From Staphylococcus phage PhiSepi-HH3: a stretch of DNA of 64,000 nt. Position numbers and translations under genes: made by a program. Below are positions 59,276-64,000 of the stretch, in pieces. The stretch lies in the sequence record MT880872.1, one strand, 5' to 3'. Position 1 is the stretch's first letter; the number at the start of each line of letters is the position of its first letter. Below the pieces are notes generated by a model that had not been told where the DNA came from, searched no databases, and was given only the letters and a program-made list of their open reading frames with translations.

Positions 59276-61018
59276 ATGTCAAATCAAAAATCAATGGTTT
59301 CGCCTCACCCTTCTGAACATCAAACAAAGGAATCACAACCCTTAATAACACGCAGTGGTTCACAATTATTAGTTGAAGCACTTCAGCAGGAAGATGTAGA
59401 TTTTATCTTCGGTTATCCCGGTGGAGCTGTCTTACCTTTATACGATACATTTTATGACGGGAAAATCAAACATATTCTTGCTCGTCATGAACAAGGTGCT
59501 ACACATGCTGCTGAAGGATATGCGCGTGTCTCTGGTAAAACAGGAGTCGTTGTTGTGACAAGTGGACCCGGTGCAACAAATGCCATTACAGGTATTACTG
59601 ATGCATATAGCGACTCTTTACCATTAGTCGTTTTTACTGGTCAAGTTGCTACACCTGGTATTGGTAAAGATGCTTTCCAAGAAGCTGATTTACTCTCGAT
59701 GACCACACCTATTACAAAACACAATTATCAAGTTAAAAAGATTGAAGACATTCCAAGAATTGTTCATGAAGCCTTTCATTTAGCGAACACTGGAAGAAAA
59801 GGTCCTGTAGTGATTGATTTCCCTAAAGATATGGGTGTGCTTAAAACTGATGTTGAACTTACAAAAGATATTAATATTCCTGGTTATGAAGTTAATAGTA
59901 GCCCAAATAAAGAGGATATTAATAAGTTAATATATATGATTAAAGAAGCTAAGAAACCTCTTATTCTTGCAGGTGCTGGTATTAATCACTCTAAATCTAA
60001 TCATTTATTAACAGAATTTGTGACAAGACATCAAATCCCTACAGTCACAACTCTCCTAGGACTTGGAGCAGTACCTTATCATCACCCTTTATTCTTAGGT
60101 ATGGGGGGTATGCATGGATCTTATGCAAGTAATATGGCTTTAACAAATTGTGATTTACTTATCAATTTAGGTAGTCGATTCGATGATCGTCTTGCAAGTA
60201 AGCCTGATGCGTTCGCACCAAATGCAAAGGTTGTACATGTAGATATCGACCCTTCTGAAATAAATAAAGTTATTAATACAGATTTAGGTATAGTCGCTGA
60301 TTGCAAGCATGTGCTTGAAAACTTATGCCATGAGCAAGTTTTAACATCCTCCCACGAAGAATGGAACGATTATTGTATTAATAACAAAAGTAACTATCCA
60401 TTTAAATATGATGAAAATGATAAAACCTTTTGCAAACCACAAAAAGCGATTGAATATATTGGTAAAGTTACCAATGGAAATGCAATTGTTACAACTGACG
60501 TAGGACAACACCAAATGTGGACAGCACAATTCTATCCATTTAAAAATTATGGACAATGGGTAACAAGTGGTGGTTTAGGTACTATGGGATTTGGAATTCC
60601 ATCAGCAATAGGAGCACAATTAGCTGAACCGGAGAAAACAGTTGTATGTTTTGTAGGAGATGGCGGTTTTCAAATGACGAACCAAGAAATGGCTTTACTT
60701 CCAGAATATGGACTTAACGTCAAAATAGTACTTATTAATAACGGAACTTTAGGTATGGTAAAACAATGGCAAGATAAATTCTTTAATAAACGATTTTCTC
60801 ATTCTGTATTTAACGATCAACCTGATTTTATGAAAATGGCGGAAGCATATGGCATTAAGGGATTCTTGATAGATTCTCCAGATAAATTAGAATCTTCAAT
60901 TGATGAAGCATTTGCATATCATGGACCGGCACTCATTGAAGTTAGAATCTCACCTATAGAACCAGTTAATCCAATGGTACCTAGTGGCAAATCAAATCAT
61001 GAAATGGAGGGTTACTAA
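59276..61018 (+). CDS. ilvB: acetolactate synthase large subunit
   Basis: The thiamine-pyrophosphate enzyme motifs GYPGGA...GPGATN...GDGGFQM are present. The start could be 59267 or 59276; 59276 has the better ribosome-binding site spacing. Confidence 0.85.
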   Translation: MSNQKSMVSPHPSEHQTKESQPLITRSGSQLLVEALQQEDVDFIFGYPGGAVLPLYDTFYDGKIKHILARHEQGATHAAEGYARVSGKTGVVVVTSGPGATNAITGITDAYSDSLPLVVFTGQVATPGIGKDAFQEADLLSMTTPITKHNYQVKKIEDIPRIVHEAFHLANTGRKGPVVIDFPKDMGVLKTDVELTKDINIPGYEVNSSPNKEDINKLIYMIKEAKKPLILAGAGINHSKSNHLLTEFVTRHQIPTVTTLLGLGAVPYHHPLFLGMGGMHGSYASNMALTNCDLLINLGSRFDDRLASKPDAFAPNAKVVHVDIDPSEINKVINTDLGIVADCKHVLENLCHEQVLTSSHEEWNDYCINNKSNYPFKYDENDKTFCKPQKAIEYIGKVTNGNAIVTTDVGQHQMWTAQFYPFKNYGQWVTSGGLGTMGFGIPSAIGAQLAEPEKTVVCFVGDGGFQMTNQEMALLPEYGLNVKIVLINNGTLGMVKQWQDKFFNKRFSHSVFNDQPDFMKMAEAYGIKGFLIDSPDKLESSIDEAFAYHGPALIEVRISPIEPVNPMVPSGKSNHEMEGY

Positions 61019-61251
61019 TGGAACGAACAATTCATTTTACATTAGTTGATCAAGTGAGTACTTTGAACAGAATTACTAGCGCCTTCGTTCGCTTACAATG
61101 TAATATTGATGAACTTCATGTTAAACATTCAGACAAAGAAGGAATTTCTAATATGAAACTTAAAGTCAATATTAAAGATGATGATACTTTTAAAATTGTT
61201 CTTAAAAAACTATCACAACAAGTAAATGTACTAAGTGTTAAAAGTGAATAA
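61018..61251 (+). CDS. ilvN: acetolactate synthase small (regulatory) subunit, ACT domain
   Basis: 77 aa. It overlaps the ilvB stop codon (ATGG...). The ACT-like sequence is TLVDQVSTLNRITSAF. Confidence 0.7.
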   Translation: MERTIHFTLVDQVSTLNRITSAFVRLQCNIDELHVKHSDKEGISNMKLKVNIKDDDTFKIVLKKLSQQVNVLSVKSE

Positions 61252-61353
61252 ACGTTTTGATGCGCTAGTTAAAAAAATCAACTAAACATAACTAACATCA
61301 TACACCTTTTATAAATAAATTATTTTGAAAATTCAGAACTTTCTATAAAATGA

Positions 61354-62373
<1,020 letters not shown>

Positions 62374-62395
62374 CAACATTAGAGGGGTGTTTTTA

Positions 62396-63931
62396 ATGGA
62401 AGAACATATTCAAATTTTTGATACAACACTTAGAGATGGTGAACAAACGCCAGGAGTCAATTTTACCTTTGATGAAAGATTGAAAATTGCCAAGCAACTA
62501 GAAAAATGGGGAGTAGATGTACTAGAAGCAGGTTTTCCTGCTTCTAGTACTGGTAGCTTTAAATCAGTAGAAGCTATAGCTAAAACTTTGACTACAACAG
62601 CAGTGTGTGGATTAGCTAGATGTAAAAAATCTGATATTGATGCTGTATATGAAGCTACTAAAGAAGCTATAAAACCTCAAGTACATGTATTCATTGCAAC
62701 CTCCCCTATTCATTTAGAACATAAATTAAAAATGACTCAAGATGAAGTTTTAACATCGATAAAAGAACACGTTTCTTATGCAAAACAATTTTTTGAAGTC
62801 GTACAATTCTCTCCAGAGGATGCAACAAGAACTGAAATTCCATTTTTAATTGAATGTGTTCAAACTGCGATAAACGCAGGAGCCACAATTATTAACATCC
62901 CTGATACAGTTGGATTTAGTTATCCTACTGAGTATGGCGAAATTTTTAAGCAATTAACACAGGCCGTTAAGTCAAATTCTAAAATTATCTTTAGTGCACA
63001 TTGTCATGATGATCTTGGTATGGCAGTTGCTAATAGTTTAGCAGCTATTGAAGGTGGAGCTAGACGTATTGAAGGTACCGTGAACGGTATTGGTGAAAGA
63101 GCAGGAAATGCCTCACTTGAAGAAGTCGCTTTGGCTTTATATGTAAGAAAGGACCACTATGGTCTTGAATCTCAAATTAACCTTAAAGAAACTAAGAAAA
63201 CATCTGACTTAATTTCAAGATATGCTGGTATCCGTGTACCTAGAAATAAAGCTATAGTCGGTCAAAATGCATTTAGTCACGAATCCGGAATTCACCAAGA
63301 CGGTGTCCTTAAACATCGTGAAACCTATGAAATCATGACACCTCAACTTGTAGGTGTAAATACAACAGAATTGCCACTAGGTAAATTGTCTGGTAAACAT
63401 GCATTTGCCGAAAAGCTTAAAGCTCTAGGGTATGAAATTAAATTGGAAGATCAAGTTACATTATTTAAACAATTTAAAGAAATTGCTGATAAGAAAAAAA
63501 ATGTATCCGATAGAGATATTCATGCGATTATACATGGCTCTGAACATGAACACAATGCTATTTTTCAACTTGATAACTTACAACTTCAATACGTATCTAA
63601 AGGTCTACAAAGTGCAGTAGTAGTTATAAAGGAAAGAAACGGACAAGTTAAACAAGATTCAAGTATTGGAACGGGTTCAATTGTTGCAATTTATAATGCT
63701 GTTGACCGAATTTTCAAGAAAGACGCAGAATTAATTGATTATCGTATTGATTCTGTAACAGAAGGTACTGATGCTCAAGCAGAAGTACATGTACGAATCA
63801 TTATTAATCATATTGAAGTGACAGGCATAGGTATAGACCACGATATATTAAAAGCTTCATGTAAAGCATATATCGATGCTCATGCTAAATATATTTCAGA
63901 ATATGAGTTGAAAGAAGGTATACGTACATGA
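62396..63931 (+). CDS. leuA: 2-isopropylmalate synthase
   Basis: Translation begins [17 protein letters not shown]...[12 protein letters not shown]. The start was reset to the ATG with the ribosome-binding site AGAGGGG. Confidence 0.9.
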   Translation: MEEHIQIFDTTLRDGEQTPGVNFTFDERLKIAKQLEKWGVDVLEAGFPASSTGSFKSVEAIAKTLTTTAVCGLARCKKSDIDAVYEATKEAIKPQVHVFIATSPIHLEHKLKMTQDEVLTSIKEHVSYAKQFFEVVQFSPEDATRTEIPFLIECVQTAINAGATIINIPDTVGFSYPTEYGEIFKQLTQAVKSNSKIIFSAHCHDDLGMAVANSLAAIEGGARRIEGTVNGIGERAGNASLEEVALALYVRKDHYGLESQINLKETKKTSDLISRYAGIRVPRNKAIVGQNAFSHESGIHQDGVLKHRETYEIMTPQLVGVNTTELPLGKLSGKHAFAEKLKALGYEIKLEDQVTLFKQFKEIADKKKNVSDRDIHAIIHGSEHEHNAIFQLDNLQLQYVSKGLQSAVVVIKERNGQVKQDSSIGTGSIVAIYNAVDRIFKKDAELIDYRIDSVTEGTDAQAEVHVRIIINHIEVTGIGIDHDILKASCKAYIDAHAKYISEYELKEGIRT

Positions 63932-64000
63932 GTTATAAAATAGTTGCCTTACCTGGAGATGGTATAGGACCAGAGATTCTATCTGGTACATTAGAACTTT
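63928..64000 (+). CDS. leuB: 3-isopropylmalate dehydrogenase, 5' fragment (runs past the window end)
   Basis: Translation begins [20 protein letters not shown]. The start overlaps the leuA stop codon. Confidence 0.8.
   Translation, partial: MSYKIVALPGDGIGPEILSGTLEL

Overview
This low-GC Firmicutes window has the gene order of a Staphylococcus chromosome (species unresolved). Positions 1 to about 45150 are the right-hand part of an integrated siphovirus prophage with SPbeta-type organisation, all on the + strand. In order it carries a helix-turn-helix regulator with a zinc ribbon, an HU-like protein and a metallophosphoesterase, then a 1.7 kb stretch without long ORFs. The packaging and head genes follow (small and large terminase, portal, scaffold-like protein, major capsid), then head-tail genes, the major tail protein and a YomM-like tyrosine recombinase sitting in front of the tape measure gene. 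The tape measure protein is 2164 aa, carries a tail-lysozyme-like domain and an M23 peptidase domain, and is separated from a 570-aa ORF in the same frame by a single TAA. Next come a Dit-like protein, a 2681-aa tail protein with a 0.9 kb internal tandem duplication, and a tail fibre with a C-terminal chaperone domain. The lysis cassette is an XhlA-like protein, a holin, a collagen-repeat SGNH esterase and a CHAP/amidase_3/SH3b endolysin. Between the phage terminator at 45111-45151 and the core genome lies a 2.7 kb minus-strand cargo module (45163-47704). It encodes a 548-aa protein with a C-terminal Vsr/DUF559-like PD-(D/E)xK nuclease domain, and two paralogous small proteins of 58 and 66 aa that have their own near-consensus promoter. 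I rank this module as the best candidate for an undescribed defence or exclusion system. The core genes downstream are an LPETG surface protein, a short YeeE/YedE protein, rex, an ABC-F ATPase, a membrane MutS-domain protein, tsaD-rimI-tsaB-tsaE and the start of the ilvDBNC-leuAB operon. Upstream of ilvD there is a CodY box and an attenuator with a Leu/Ile-rich leader peptide. I found no CRISPR array, rRNA or convincing tRNA. Every functional call rests on motif recognition by eye; I ran no searches.
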